A DNA stretch of 64,000 bases from Eledone cirrhosa (GCA_964016885.1 OZ024756.1:24924001-24988000); one strand, 5' to 3'. Positions 42,301 to 57,584 are shown, counted from the stretch's first letter. The notes: generated by a model from the letters alone, not told the origin. Program-made: numbers and translations.

Positions 42301-42836
42301 CTCATGAAATTAACATGCAAGTAGATGAGTATTCCCCAGACATGTGTACCCATAATTTAATTTTCAGGGAGATTCGGTGTGACATGTAGATATAAGCTTT
42401 TTATAACATGACAGTGCAGGGAGAGGAGATACTAGTATACTTTTTCTTAAAGTCCATCAACATGTCACATAAAAACCAGCAACTTATCAGCACAACTTAT
42501 CATTACATCTGACAGCAGGCTTGTCAGGTAGGTTCGTAAGCAGCATCATTTGTGTAGAACTTTCTAGAATCAGAACAAACAGCAAACTGTCAGATAAAAT
42601 GCCTTGTGGTATGTTCTGACTGACAATTGGCTCCATTCCTTTTCTCTTTAACAATGGAAATAAAGTGTATAAGAACCAAGAGAAAATAAGAAAAAGAAAT
42701 CTGATTCTACTGTTACCATAATCATAATGAAAGACCCTGCCTGTCATTTTTACACGATTTTGGAGGGATTTAGTAATATAAAACCTTTCTTATTATGAAA
42801 TTGGTGTTTGGAATATAACTTAATACGTGTCCTTAA

Positions 42837-43057
42837 CCCTTTAGCATTTAAACCGGCTGTATCCAGCCAGAATTCTCTCACCTCTTTCTGTTCAAACTGG
42901 CTGTAAACAGTCACTCATATTGATGTTAAAGTATTGTTCTCAAAATAAACAGTATCAAAATCTCATAGATTCAAAATTATGTGAGATAATTATGTGAAAT
43001 TAAGTGTTTACTGTGAAAATACAATATAATATATAGAGTAATGTAAATGCTAAAGGG
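42837..43057. mobile_element. piggyBac-like MITE, 221 bp
   Basis: TTAA|CCCTTTAGCATTTA ... TAAATGCTAAAGGG|TTAA. Confidence 0.88.
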
Positions 43058-43289
43058 TTAAATACAACTAGGATGGAAGTTGTTTTTAAATAAATATAGA
43101 TATCTTAAAAAAATAGTTTTTATAAGGATGTAACATATATTATGTTGCTGTTTGGGTTTTAAAGTTTTAAGGCTAGAATTACATACAAAATATCTGGATC
43201 ATTATTGGCTGAAAATGTACTCATTCAAAACAACAGAAAATAATACTGTTCAATGTACATATATTAACTTGACAACTATGTGGTCTTTT

Positions 43290-43560
43290 CATCATCATCA
43301 TCATCATCATCATCTTCGTTTAACGTCCATTTTCCACGCCAGCATGGGTTAGACGGGAGTTGTCCCATTTGAGGCAAGGTTGGTCGGGTGACCGTGTCTC
43401 GCTCATATAGGACTATCTGGCAGGTTGTCTACGGCTGGATGCCCTTCCTAACACCAACCACATTTACAGTGTGGAACTGGGAACTTTTTACCGTGTTACC
43501 TACATGGCAACATTACAGCGTGGACTGTGTGTGTTTTTTCTCGTGACACCTACACGATCT
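43290..43560 (-). mobile_element. SINE family B 3' portion
   Basis: (CAT)n tail and GGATGCCCTTCCTAACACC. Confidence 0.82.
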
Positions 43561-44851
43561 CGATCTCATTATCTCATTTATTTGGACTGGATGTTGAGGT
43601 ACCAACTTTATAGAGAGAGGGTGGTGTTGGTGAGATAAGAATACAGCAAGCATTACTTCAAAGAGGTGAGAAACAAGAAACAGTTGACAAAGATATGACC
43701 ATAATAAAGTTACAATAAAGTAGACATGAGAATAGGTAGTAGGATCAAATCTCCTGTTAGTCAGGATTAGAGTAAGAAAAAGTTTTAAATTGTTTGTGTC
43801 TGTAATTAAAAATTTGTTCCTGTTGAGTATTTACTAATTTTCTGCCAGTTATTATATGGTAAACTTCAAGAGTATAAATATGACATATACCTGTATCCTG
43901 TTGATACTTATGGACAAATCCCAGGATAGACCATAAAACTTTGTATTTTTTTTTGTGTGTGTGTGTGTGTGGGGGGGGGGGGGGATTCTAATAACTAATC
44001 AATATAGACCAAACAGTAATTCTAGAAATACAACTCATAACACGGATAATAAAATTAAAATAATTCCTGGTAAATCCTGGATAGGATCCCAACATAGTAA
44101 TATTCCTAAAAAAAAAAACACTGAAAAAAAATCATACTTATGGTATAATCCTCCACGCAATAACAACATTAAATCTAAACTTCCTTTTATATTTTTTTAA
44201 CATAATAAATAAAAACTTTCCACAATCACATAAGTATCACTAAATAATAAATAGAAATGCTGTTAGATTATCTTCCTCCACAACTAAGAATTTAGACAGT
44301 TGTATAAATAGTTTAAACAGAAAACACCTTCACATACATAATGATAAACTTGATACTCTTAGTTGAAAAGACACAAAAGTATCTTCCTCTCAACCTGTGG
44401 TACTAAACCAAACCAGCAATTTAAGTGCAGAAAATAATATAGAATTTGTTGTGTCTACATATGATTTTTTAAGTAGCTGGATTTGATTTAATTTGAATGA
44501 AATTACCAAATATTAGCGATCCTAGACTTATAGGTAACAAATACAAAGAAACACGTGTCAGTGTTATGCAACAGATAGTATTCCCACTCTTCAGGAATGT
44601 GATATTTTAAAATAATAATTTTGTAAATTTCTATATATACTCCATAACTTGTTACACTTGGAGCCTGAAGTGTAATTACCACAAGATTTACCAAACAAAA
44701 TAATTTGTCCGCTGAGTAAAATACTACTGTAAGCAGCTTCAGTTTCTTGTTACATAATCAAAATAGTTGATTACTCTAATGATGATGCAACAGATTAATT
44801 AAAGCACTCAACGTTGGTATGATGTTTAACATACATTCATACATACATACC

Positions 44852-44907
<56 letters not shown>

Positions 44908-45039
44908 TACATACACACATACCTTTATATATACATACATATTCATACATACACACATACCTTTATATATACATACACACAAACCTTTATAAATACATAC
45001 ACACATAGCTTTATATATACATACATACACACATACCTT

Positions 45040-45071
<32 letters not shown>

Positions 45072-45138
45072 GATGTTATAGAATGCCGTTAGCTTCTTGC
45101 TAGAACTATCTCTATACATCTCATTTATATATATATAT

Positions 45139-45172
<34 letters not shown>

Positions 45173-45877
45173 GGATATATATATGAATATATATATATAT
45201 GAATATATATATATATATATGAATATGAATATATATATATGAATATATATATATATATGAATATATATATGTGTGTGCGTGCGTGTGTGTGTATGCGTCC
45301 CACCCTTGCAAGCAGGGAAAAGTGGATGTAAAATGATGATGATGATGATGATGTGTGTGCATGTATGTCAAGATATGGGTGGGTTTTAGATAATTTGTCA
45401 CCAGGTGGTTTCAATTTTAGAAGTGAAAGGAATTTCACCAATGGAAGTAAGAATGTCTCATTAGTTTGTTATTGTTGTTGTTGGTGTCTTTGGTGTTCTT
45501 GTTATTAGTGTTGTTGATGATGATGGTTGTATTGCTGTTGATAGTGGTGGTGACGGTGGTGGTAGTAGTAGTAGTGGCGATATTTGCATACAATACTGTA
45601 TAGTAATTCTGCTTTAACACTACAGTACGTGATATATATTATATATGCATATTATATAAACATATATATATAAACACTCAACTTCCTCATTATGCAGTGA
45701 TTGCTTTTATTTTTCGTTTGAACTGATTCCTGTGTGTATATTATATATATACATACATACATACATACATACATACACACACACATATATATGCATGTAA
45801 AGATTGCTGTCTGTATATTATATATATACATATATACACACACACACATATATATGCATGTAAATACACACACACAC

Positions 45878-45932
<55 letters not shown>

Positions 45933-46432
45933 TATATACATATAAATATATATTCACACACACATATATACATTGACTGAGGAGATGGGACTGTCCATCT
46001 CTCCGTTGTTTTTTACATTGTTTTTGTCCTGTGCGTTCCCTATTTTGAATTTATATTCTGAAGACTTTCAAGCATTTTATTAAGCTATCATATAATAGAT
46101 ATGACACCGCCAGGCCTGTTTTCCCACATTCTCCCTTCTTACCTTTTCTACACCTCAGTGTCCTCCTTTATCTGCATTTGGACAACAGTCCTTATTCTTT
46201 TCTGTTTTCCTATTCCTCCCCTTTCTATATTCTATATTTTTCTCCTTAAGCTAAGCCCTTGCACATTCTACATTTGTGTAATTTACCTAAAGGCTTAACT
46301 TATCTCTACCTGCTTTGTTGTTCCCCAATGTGCACTGGAATGAATGGTATCGACCATAATGCACTGAAACCGTAGTGATTTCCAGAGGTTGACTGAGGAG
46401 ATAGGACTGTGCGTCTTTCCATTGTTTTGTTT

Positions 46433-46527
<95 letters not shown>

Positions 46528-46850
46528 TATATATCCATAGATACATATACATATATATAGAGATAGACACACACACATATATGCTCCACACTTTGCTAAA
46601 GTAGTGGTTAATGTCTGTATGCAGTGGTTTTTGCTGTTGTAGTAGTTGTAGTTCTTGTTATTTAGCCATAGGTTAGGTCTGATTGAGCAGACATATATCA
46701 TCAAAAGCTCTCCATTCATGCCCATTTCCCCTTTATTTCAAACATAGTGTATGTAGGACTCCACTACCGTACGCGTATTTTTTTTTACATGAAAATTTGA
46801 CTGTTATTTCTTTCAGACAAAGCTACCACATAAATGATGTTATTTTTGTA

Positions 46851-46890
<40 letters not shown>

Positions 46891-47599
46891 AATAGTGCAT
46901 AGTAGATATACGATGTACTATACGATGCAATAGTATATAGTACAGCGAATATGTACTAGTACAGCTTTAGATGTAGCTATAGTATTTGCAGTACTATTCA
47001 CACACTCATAAATATGTGTATGTTTGTCTACGTATACAAATATGTATGTAGCAGTGGTGATGGTGATAGCTGTAGTAGTACGTGATGGTGCAGTGGCTGC
47101 GGTTGTAGTAGTTGTCTCTGGCTAAAAGCAAAGAATTCGAGCTGTTACGATGTGTAAGGTCAAACCACGATTTGTAAAGGACTTCTGCCAAAACGCTTGA
47201 CGTACTACTGTCGACTCACACACACACTAATATATAAATATATATGCATATGCACACACACATATATATATACCTATATATGCACACACACACATATTAA
47301 TATATAAACACAATCACATGCACAGATACTAATTTATGTACACACACACGTATGTGTATGTGTGTGCGTGTGTGCAAAACATACAAACAAGTGTCAAAAA
47401 CCTGCATATATAAACACACGTTTATTTAAATGAAAATGAATGAATTCACTCAAGCCACAACAATATACATCCACATATGTATGTATGTGTGTGTGTGTGT
47501 GTGTGTGTAAACACGCTAAACCGAAACCGCGTAGAAGGAAGTATTATATAAACATACAGATATAGGAAACATCATCTCTTACGGGTGTTTAAATGTATG

Positions 47600-47669
<70 letters not shown>

Positions 47670-47988
47670 CACACATATAGAGAGAGGGGGAGAAAGAGAG
47701 AGAGAAGATAGATATAATTCATTATAAACATATTCATACGTGTGTACTTTTGTGACAAAACACTGAAATTTGTTATATAAAAACGTGTGACTTGTTTGTG
47801 TATCTTCGTACATTTAAGAAATCTGCTTATAAGACTATCTCTTTGAAATATATCTCTTTGTATGACTACCTATCGATCTATAAGACTATCTATCTAGCTG
47901 TCAATTTATATGGCTATCTATATATTACAACCTGTAAATAGTTAATTTTGTTTTTGCTTATTTATTTTTCTTTAGCTGCATTTCTTTT

Positions 47989-48037
<49 letters not shown>

Positions 48038-48307
48038 TAACAGACACGCGATATATATGTATTTTTTTCTCCATATATATATATGAGAAAAATAACAAAG
48101 AGGACACCACAACGAACGAAAAATAATTTTTTAAGGGAAACCTTAAAAAAATGTTTTTTTAAAATAAAAATACAATCGAAGAACACAGAAATCCAGGGTC
48201 ATCGGCCGTTGAGGTAGACTATATATATATATATAGTCGCTACATATATATATATATATATATATAATCCGCACAACAACCTGTAAGTAAATAACACCAC
48301 CACTTAC

Positions 48308-48481
48308 CTTCGGCTCGGGTGTGAGGTAAGACATAGGTGCATAATCAAGGTGTCCTTTCCCGTCCTGGACTAACCATACCCCATCGTAACCAGTATCTTC
48401 CTGGATAAGGGTCATAAGGTCACCTACTTCGAACGACAACCTACCCTGGTCACTATGTAGCTTTTTCACGGCCCGGTACAT
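48308..48481 (-). CDS. NCKIPSD: SH3-domain coding exon (58 codons), probably the first coding exon of an NCKIPSD/SPIN90-like gene
   Basis: MYRAVKKLHSDQGRLSFEVGDLMTLIQEDTGYDGVWLVQDGKGHLDYAPMSYLTPEPK has SH3 hallmarks LSF..GD, W and P..Y; GCCATG start context; perfect donor AAG|gtaagt; NCKIPSD begins MYRA directly into its SH3. SH3 call is strong; orthology is moderate. Confidence 0.75.
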
Positions 48482-48743
48482 GGCTATCTGATATATTGTA
48501 TTTATTCCAATAGACCTGCGTATGTGTTCGTGAATTTATATATATATAATATATATATATATATGTATATGTGTATAGGTATACAGAAGTATGTGTGTAT
48601 ATATATTGTATGTGTGTTCAGCCTGTGTTGTTGTTTTTATTTAAGGTGAAGGCGTCGTCGTCATCGTCAGCGGCGACTAAACCACTGCTACACCTTAGAT
48701 AGCACATAGTAATAGTGTATATAGCGTACGCTGTGTGTGTGTG

Positions 48744-48788
<45 letters not shown>

Positions 48789-48791
<3 letters not shown>

Positions 48792-48863
48792 GACAGAACC
48801 AGTTTTAAACTAATTCGACCATTACTCAACAGAGTACTCGATGTTTGGGATAGTAGAGTATGG

Positions 48864-48868
<5 letters not shown>
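48789..48868 (-). mobile_element. Tail-only family E fragment in (TA)n
   Basis: Reverse complement CTACTATCCCAAACATCGAGTACTCTGTTGAGTAATGGTC resembles 8878-8918. Confidence 0.65.
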
Positions 48869-48902
<34 letters not shown>

Positions 48903-48985
48903 TCTGTTATGTGTGTATTAATGTGTATGTATTGATATTTGTATCTAAGTATGTATGTGTGGTCTACAAACACAACAGAAAATAC

Positions 48986-49099
48986 TTGCAGGGCCGAGCA
49001 GGCGACTAAAAACGGTAAAAGACTACTAGATGCTTTGGTTTGCAAAGGCGAATCCAAGACGTTATTATTGCAGCTTCTCCGCTGATTGGCAACTACTTT
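48986..49099 (-). other. Possible upstream exon (114 nt; 5' UTR or in-frame N-terminal extension)
   Basis: Acceptor ccctctctctaaacag, weak donor CAA|gtattt; frame 0 is open and compatible with an acceptor at 48487. Confidence 0.3.
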
Positions 49100-49421
49100 C
49101 TGTTTAGAGAGAGGGGGAGAGTTAGAGAGAGAGACTGTATGTATGAGAGAGGGAGAAAGTTAGGGACAGAGAGAGACTGTTTGTGAGAGAAGGAGAGTTA
49201 ACGATAGAGAAAGAGACTGTATGAGAGAGGAGGAATGTTAGAGACATAGAGGGATTGTGACTGGATGAGAAAGTGGGTGACCGAGAAAGAGAGGGAGAGA
49301 AAGAGAAGTATAAGGATTGAGCGAGGGAGAGAGAAAGATAGGCAGAAAGTGATTGATTGAAGGGAAGAGAGAAAGACAGAGTGACTGAATGTGAGTGAGA
49401 GGAATGGATAGAGAGATAGAC

Positions 49422-49460
<39 letters not shown>

Positions 49461-49907
49461 CAGTGTTAATGGTGAGAGCTACTGGTGTGGATGTTTATCA
49501 TTGATACATGCTAGAGCCCTTGATAGTGGTGGCGGAATGTTGGTATTGTTATTGAACCCCAGATCTGCTCTAATTTAGCAGACCTTTCTTCGAAGACGTT
49601 CCATCTATGACCATGCAGCCTGTCATTTTATTTTCCTATTATCCACAATTGCACTATCCAATGTGTCCTTCTTCGCTTTTCTAAGGCAGGAAATTTGGCT
49701 GTTGTTTTTAGCAGGTCGAGAAACCATATCGAGATTCCTTCGTTTATTCCTATGTTGTAACTGTTAGTAGTTTGGTTTCAGTGGTGGTTGTATTGGTGGT
49801 GGTGGTGGTTGTGGTGGTGGTGGTGGTAGTGGTGTGTGGGGTGTTGGTGGTGGTAGTTGTGTGTGGGGTGTTGGTGGTGGTGATTGTGCTGGTGGTGTGT
49901 GTTTGTT

Positions 49908-50004
<97 letters not shown>

Positions 50005-50189
50005 TTATATATATGTAGATTCTTGTTGATGGGGTGGGGGGATAACTACATTTAAAAATAGTACTCAAGACATTGGTAGAGTATAGCCTAGGCATCTTTA
50101 TTATATAATATAATATATATATATATATAATATATGTATGTAGAGAAAGAGAGATGGATAGATAGATAGATAAATAGATAGATAGATAG

Positions 50190-50340
50190 ATTTCTTTATT
50201 AGCCACAGGGGCGCAACAAGAAAGGGGACAATACAAAGACATGCCGGGGATTTTACATACAGTCGTGTAAAAAATATAAAAACAAACAATTTCAACAATC
50301 GAAATCCCCAATAGGGGGGAGGCGCCACAAATGGGTTGTT
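50190..50340 (-). mobile_element. LINE-like 3' end fragment embedded in (GATA)n
   Basis: TTGTCCCC..GCCCCTGTGGCTAATAAAGAAA then (TCTA)n; relatives at 24845-24970 and 50652-50728. Confidence 0.6.
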
Positions 50341-50342
50341 TA

Positions 50343-50456
<114 letters not shown>

Positions 50457-50978
50457 GTGAAATAGCAAAGTGAACAGATATGACTGTTTTGAGATCAATA
50501 GAGTAGAAGTGATTAACAGATAGAGAGAATAGAATGAGTGAGAGCGTAATGTAGGGGAAAAGAGGGGATGATGTGGGAGGAAAATGAGAGGATGTGAGAG
50601 AGAGAGAGAGACAAAGAGAGTGGTAGCAGGCATATCTATCTATTTATCTATCACGTTTTTATTGTATGTAAACTTCCCCTTTTGTATTTGTCCCCTTCTT
50701 TTGTGCCCCTGTGGCTAATAAAGAAATACCAACACCCCACTCTCCAGAGCGTGAAATTAATAAACATTCGTTGTACTGCCTCTCTGTTTTGTCCCTGTTC
50801 AAATTTTTCCATTATATATATATATATATATATATAGATCATCATATATATACCACAACAGAAACACAAACCCTCCATCTCAATTTTATTTTTGATAATC
50901 ATAAGAACTGTAAAACCTGTAAAGTAAATTAATATTCTTAAAAGACTCCAGTTGCATTTTCAATTTCCCCCCCCCCCC

Positions 50979-51030
<52 letters not shown>

Positions 51031-51844
51031 TATATACATACATATGTATATATATATATATATATATACATATTTGTATATATATATATATATGTCTATG
51101 TATATCTATCCATCTATCTGTCTGTCTATTGAACAGTATTTATCTATATACTGAAGTGGATCTTTTGAATACTAAAATATATATATATATACACGAACAC
51201 CTGTTCGTTCGACACTATTGAACGAATACCTGCTGAAGAAAGGATCTTCAGTTCCACCACTAAACAATAATAGATGCACTTATGACTTGCATATGTATTG
51301 TGCAACTCGTAATGCACCTTCCCGAGGTCCCAGAAACATATCGAAGATTTTTATCGATTTCTATCGATTCTTACCTAATATAGCTACTTACACCTGATCA
51401 TTTTATTCATGATGTCACACTTTCTTAACTTTGTGTTTACTCTGGATAAAAATGTATTAAGTTTTTGCACCATGGAGTGCTTTGTAACTGCCTCAAGCCA
51501 TTCGATTGGTATCTGCTCTACTGTGGCTACAACTTCCAGTTATACCAAATACATATGTAGTGAGAGTCGCAAACCCACATATCTGAGATGTCGATGTAGA
51601 GTCAGGCCCTGTCATTATGAATGTACCCTGAGCTGATCGATATCAAAACAATTGTAATATGCAAATAAAGATTGTACTTATGCTGTAACACTGACTTTAA
51701 TTCTACTTACTCTGTTTACATTCTGCACACTACAGCTGCCTTAACTCTAGAATACAACTCAACACGAGATGGACCCCTTAACAGCATTCAGTGTTTCGAA
51801 CGGCATGCTGCCTGTAACTGTAGTCAAACACCTAACTAACGCAT

Positions 51845-51932
<88 letters not shown>

Positions 51933-52101
51933 GCCTTTGTTAAACTGCCATTTAACTTTCAAATTTATATCTATCTATAAGCATGAAACTAATAAGACTG
52001 TGTAATTATCCCCATGTTTATCTTTTTTTAATATCTCTCTCTCTCTGTCTCTCTCTCTCTCTCTGTCTCTCTCTCTCTCTCTCTGTATGTGTGTGTGTGT
52101 G

Positions 52102-52141
<40 letters not shown>

Positions 52142-52276
52142 TGTGTGTATGTGTACATATGTATATATATATATATGTGGGGGGGGGAGCATGGTGGTAA
52201 ACACTTAGACGGAGATAAAGAGTGGGAGTAAAACAATTTGAAAGACGAGGAGAAGAGAGAGGGAAGAGAAGGAGAA

Positions 52277-52343
<67 letters not shown>

Positions 52344-52434
52344 GGGAGAGATAGGGAATTGAATAATTTTGAAGTGAAACAGAAAAAGAGGATGTTAAAT
52401 AGACATGAAAACAAACAGGCAATGATTTTACATA

Positions 52435-52567
<133 letters not shown>

Positions 52568-53073
52568 AGAGAGAGAGAGATAATACATATATATATATAC
52601 ATATATTAGATGCTGAAGTTTCATTTTAAAATGTTTGTATTGCATATTGAACATTACATATGTTTCACAAATGATTTCCTCCAGGACTTTATCATAGATA
52701 GATAGACATATAGATAGATAGGTGGTGGAGGTTGCAGTGGTGGTGAAAGTGGTGATGGCGGCGGTGGTGGCGGTGGTGGTGGTGGTGGTAGTGCTATTGC
52801 TGTAATAGTGGAATGAAATATAATTTTAAAAATACGTGTGGAATACAATAAGAAAGTAAAGATTCGCTTGATTTGTGGTTGTTGATTAGCAGACGACAAT
52901 AGTGTATATCGAGAGATGCTGATGCTTATACGGAGTATTTATTGATTTCGGCAGACGACAAAGGTGTTTAGTGATAGATCTTGATGATTGTATGGGTATT
53001 TATCGATTGTGGATAATCCTTCGTTTCATATTCCAACTCACACATTCCCACTTTTATATCTAGCCTTCTTTCT

Positions 53074-53159
<86 letters not shown>

Positions 53160-53265
53160 TGCCCTCTTTCTCTCGTTCACTTTCTCACTCCAATCAATCA
53201 ATCATTAATTAACCAATCAACCAATCAATCATTTAATCAATTTATGTATGTATATATCTATGTAG

Positions 53266-53300
<35 letters not shown>

Positions 53301-53481
53301 TGTATGTATGTATGCATGTATGTATGTATCTATGTGAGTATGTATGTATTTAGTTGATCATATCAAGCCTCTGTACTTTTTTCAAGTTCAGTACTTATTT
53401 TATCAATCTTCTTTTGTCGAACCACTAGGTTAAAGGACATACACAAAGAGTAAACATAAACACAGCCTAGCACACATGCAT

Positions 53482-54263
<782 letters not shown>

Positions 54264-54652
54264 AGATCAAAAGATGGTTAAAAGAGTTCCATGTATTTTA
54301 TTATGCGCATTTCAAAAACAAGTTTTTGAAATCTTATATATTATTTATACTCCAGTCCTACAAATTGTAGAGTGCTTCTTATCCGATATCTGCATTGCTT
54401 TATTGTACTACAATAAAACTCACCTCCAACATGATTTCATTCATTAAGGACAAGATCGTTCACTCCACTGCATGAGAAATTGCAATAGATGTGACAGCAA
54501 CATATACACGCACAATCAATTCTGCTTATTTGCATACTGGATATTTGCCAAATTCTGTCAGTTTAATAACCAAATTATGTATCTATACATAAAATTCTAA
54601 AACTCAATTTCGGTTAATTGCATTTTTTTTAAAAATTCGATTTTGAGTTTAA

Positions 54653-54873
54653 CCCTTTAGCATTTAAACTGCTCATATCCGGCCAGAATTCTCTCATCTC
54701 TTTCTATTCAAACTGGTTGTAACCGGCTACTCATACTGATGCTAAGGTATTGTTCTCAAACTAAATAATATCAAAATCTCATAGATTCGATATTATGTGA
54801 AATAACGATGTGAGGTAAAGCCTTTACTGTGAAAATATAATAGTAAATATAGAGTAATGTAAATGGAAGAGGG
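54653..54873. mobile_element. piggyBac-like MITE
   Basis: TTAA|CCCTTTAGCATTTA ... GGG|TTAA; same family as 42837-43057. Confidence 0.85.
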
Positions 54874-55109
54874 TTAAAAAAAACCCTGACAGAATCAGCA
54901 TAAAATTAATCATTTATTTGAATTACCATTGAATAAAGTAATTCTGAAATCTTCTGTTTTGATGATATGTTCAAATTATTGCACTCTGTAGAACTTCACT
55001 GGTGTGTAACTCATTTGACACCAAACAGACAGATGAAACTAAAACGTTTGTTTTCAAAGTGTTTATATTTCTCTAATCGTCAGATAGAAGGCTTTGTAGC
55101 ATTCCCCCA

Positions 55110-55650
55110 GATGGCACTGTAGAAATAGTCAACAGTTTCTGATACCTGGGTGACCAAATTAGTGGTGAAGGTGGGTGGTCTGAAAGTACAGCAGCCAGAA
55201 TAAGAATGGGATGGAGAAAGATCAAGGAAGCTACTACCACTATTAGCTTCAAAAGGTTTTTCTTTCAAAATGGAGGGCAGATAGTATGATACATGTATAT
55301 GAACAGCAATGTTGCATGGTAATGAGACCTGGGTTGTATGTGTAGAGGACCTGCAGAGATTGGAAAGAAATGAAGCTTCCATGCTCCAATGGATGTGTAA
55401 TATTAATATACATGAACATCAAAGCGTAAATGAACTGACAGAGAAAGTGGGCATAAGAGGAATCAGATGCAGTGTGCAGGAGAGGAGAATGTGTTGGTAT
55501 GACCATGTGATGCATATGAAGGATGACAGCTGTATAAAAAGGGCCATGGCAATCAAAGTTGATAGAAGCTATGGAGTAGGAAGACCTGGGATGAGGTGGA
55601 AAAAGCTGACCTTGCACAAGAGATCTCTGGCATTATGCTGTAATACAGAA
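55110..55650 (+). pseudogene. Decayed RTE-clade LINE ORF2 C-terminal fragment
   Basis: VNSF*YLGDQIS, ARIRMGWRKIKEATT, MLHGNETWVVCVEDLQRLERNEASMLQWMC, RRMCWYDHVMHM, GRPGMRW. Confidence 0.88.
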
Positions 55651-55822
55651 GACCCACCTTCTCATGTACATGGGTTAAAGCATGCATCTATTATGCACCA
55701 CTTAACTTCTATCCTCCCTCACCCTCCCATACGCCTCCCACGCCCAAACACTCCACCCTTGTCCTAACACCCCACACATCACCCACAAATTTACACCCCC
55801 TCCCCAACCTCCAGTCAACAAA

Positions 55823-56380
55823 GTAAAGTGGTCATGCTGGTATCACAACAAAAAGCACCCAGCCCACACTGTAAAGTGGTCATGCTGGTATCACTACAAA
55901 AAGCACCCAGCCCACACTGTAAAGTGGTCATGCTGGTATCACAACAAAAAGCACCCAGCCCACACTGTAAAGTGGTCATGCTGGTATCACTACAAAAAGC
56001 ACCCAGCCCACATTGTAAAGTGGTTGTGTGGGTGTCATGACAAAAAGCACCCAGCCCACACTGTAAAGTGGTCATGCTGGTATCACAACAAAAAGCACCC
56101 AGCCCACACTGTAAAGTGGTCATGCTGGTATCACAACAAAAAGCACCCAGCCCACACTGTAAAGTGGTCGTGTGGGTGTCATGACAAAAAGCATCCAGCC
56201 AACACTGTAAGCGAGGTTGGCATTAGGAAGGGCATCCTGTCATAGAAACCAAGCCAGGAAGAGTTCTGTATGAGCAAGACACAGTCACCTGACTTGACTT
56301 GCCTCAAATGAGACAACCCATCTAACCCATGCTAGCATGGAAAATAGATGTTAAACAATGATGATGATGATGATGATGAT
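55823..56380 (+). mobile_element. SINE B 3' portion with its internal 48-bp unit expanded 8 times (55823-56206)
   Basis: GTAAAGTGG at exact 48-bp spacing, then ATTAGGAAGGGCATCC and (GAT)n tail. Confidence 0.9.
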
Positions 56381-57520
56381 GAGGAGGAGGAGGAGGAGGG
56401 GGGGGGGGGAGGGGGGGGGGAGGGGGGGGGGGAGGGGGGGGGGGGGAGGGGGGGGGGAGGAGGATCGAGGTCAACTTTGTCTTTCATCCTTTCGAGGTCA
56501 ATAACAAAAAAGTACCTGTTCAGTACTAAGGTTGATTTTTTTTGCTCTGTATCTCTTTCTCATCCCCATATCTCTCTCTCTCTCTCTCTCTTTTCCCCTC
56601 TCTCTTCCCCCTCTCTCTCTCTTCTCTATCTCCCCCCCCCCCCCTCTCTCTTTCGCCCCCCACCCCTCTCTATGGAAGAAATTGGCTGTCTTCCAACCTT
56701 GAAAAGAATGTACTCCAGCAGGTTAAAATTCCCCAAATTGTCATATTTGACAACAGCACCCTTACAACTTCATCAAGAGTTAAAGATCCATATATACATA
56801 TTTAAGTAAAAACCCTCCATCTTAATGTTATCTAACAACTCTTTTTTAACCCTTTTGACACCAAACCTGTTTATTCTTAATTGTTTATATTTATCTAAAC
56901 ACCTTCCATCATAATTGTTATTCAGGGATCTTTGTTGTGTTGCCCTCCAAACATCTGCTTAAGAATGAGGAAATTAGTGATATTACTAAATCTCTCCAAA
57001 TTCTTGATTATTTTCAAAATTACTTGTAAACCATAAGCAGTGTCTTTCATTAGATTAACAGCAGCTGGAAATTGTCGAAATTATCAACAGGATAGTATAG
57101 TAACATTTAAAATTTCAAAATATCTGCACAAGCTACACATTTTTCTAATAATTTCTTTTCTACTTAAGCAATAAATTTAATTTTGTAGTGTTTTATACAA
57201 GAAACAAATATGGCTGCCCAGAACAAATGAAAGTAACATGAAATGTTAACAAATATGTATGTAGGTATTTATGTATGTATGTATATATGTACATATGTAT
57301 GTATGTATGTATGTACAGATATGTATGTGTGTGTTACTTTTCTGTCATAAAAAACTGTGACTGTAGATCAATTAAATATTTCATTTGAAGGTAAACAACA
57401 AGTCCATCTCTGATAGTTTTCCAATAGATTAAATAAATAAATATTATTAGCTCTTGCTGCATCAAACCGATATATTTTTCACAATAATATATACATACAT
57501 ACATATAAAAATATATATAT

Positions 57521-57581
<61 letters not shown>

Positions 57582-57584
<3 letters not shown>

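Noticed and set aside
55815-56245. CRISPR-like array or repeat protein
   Set aside because: Contiguous 48-bp units with no unique spacers, inside a SINE, in eukaryotic DNA.
56382-56463. G-run tract as a functional G-quadruplex
   Set aside because: Probably a degraded (GAG/GA)n microsatellite or base-calling error following a SINE tail.
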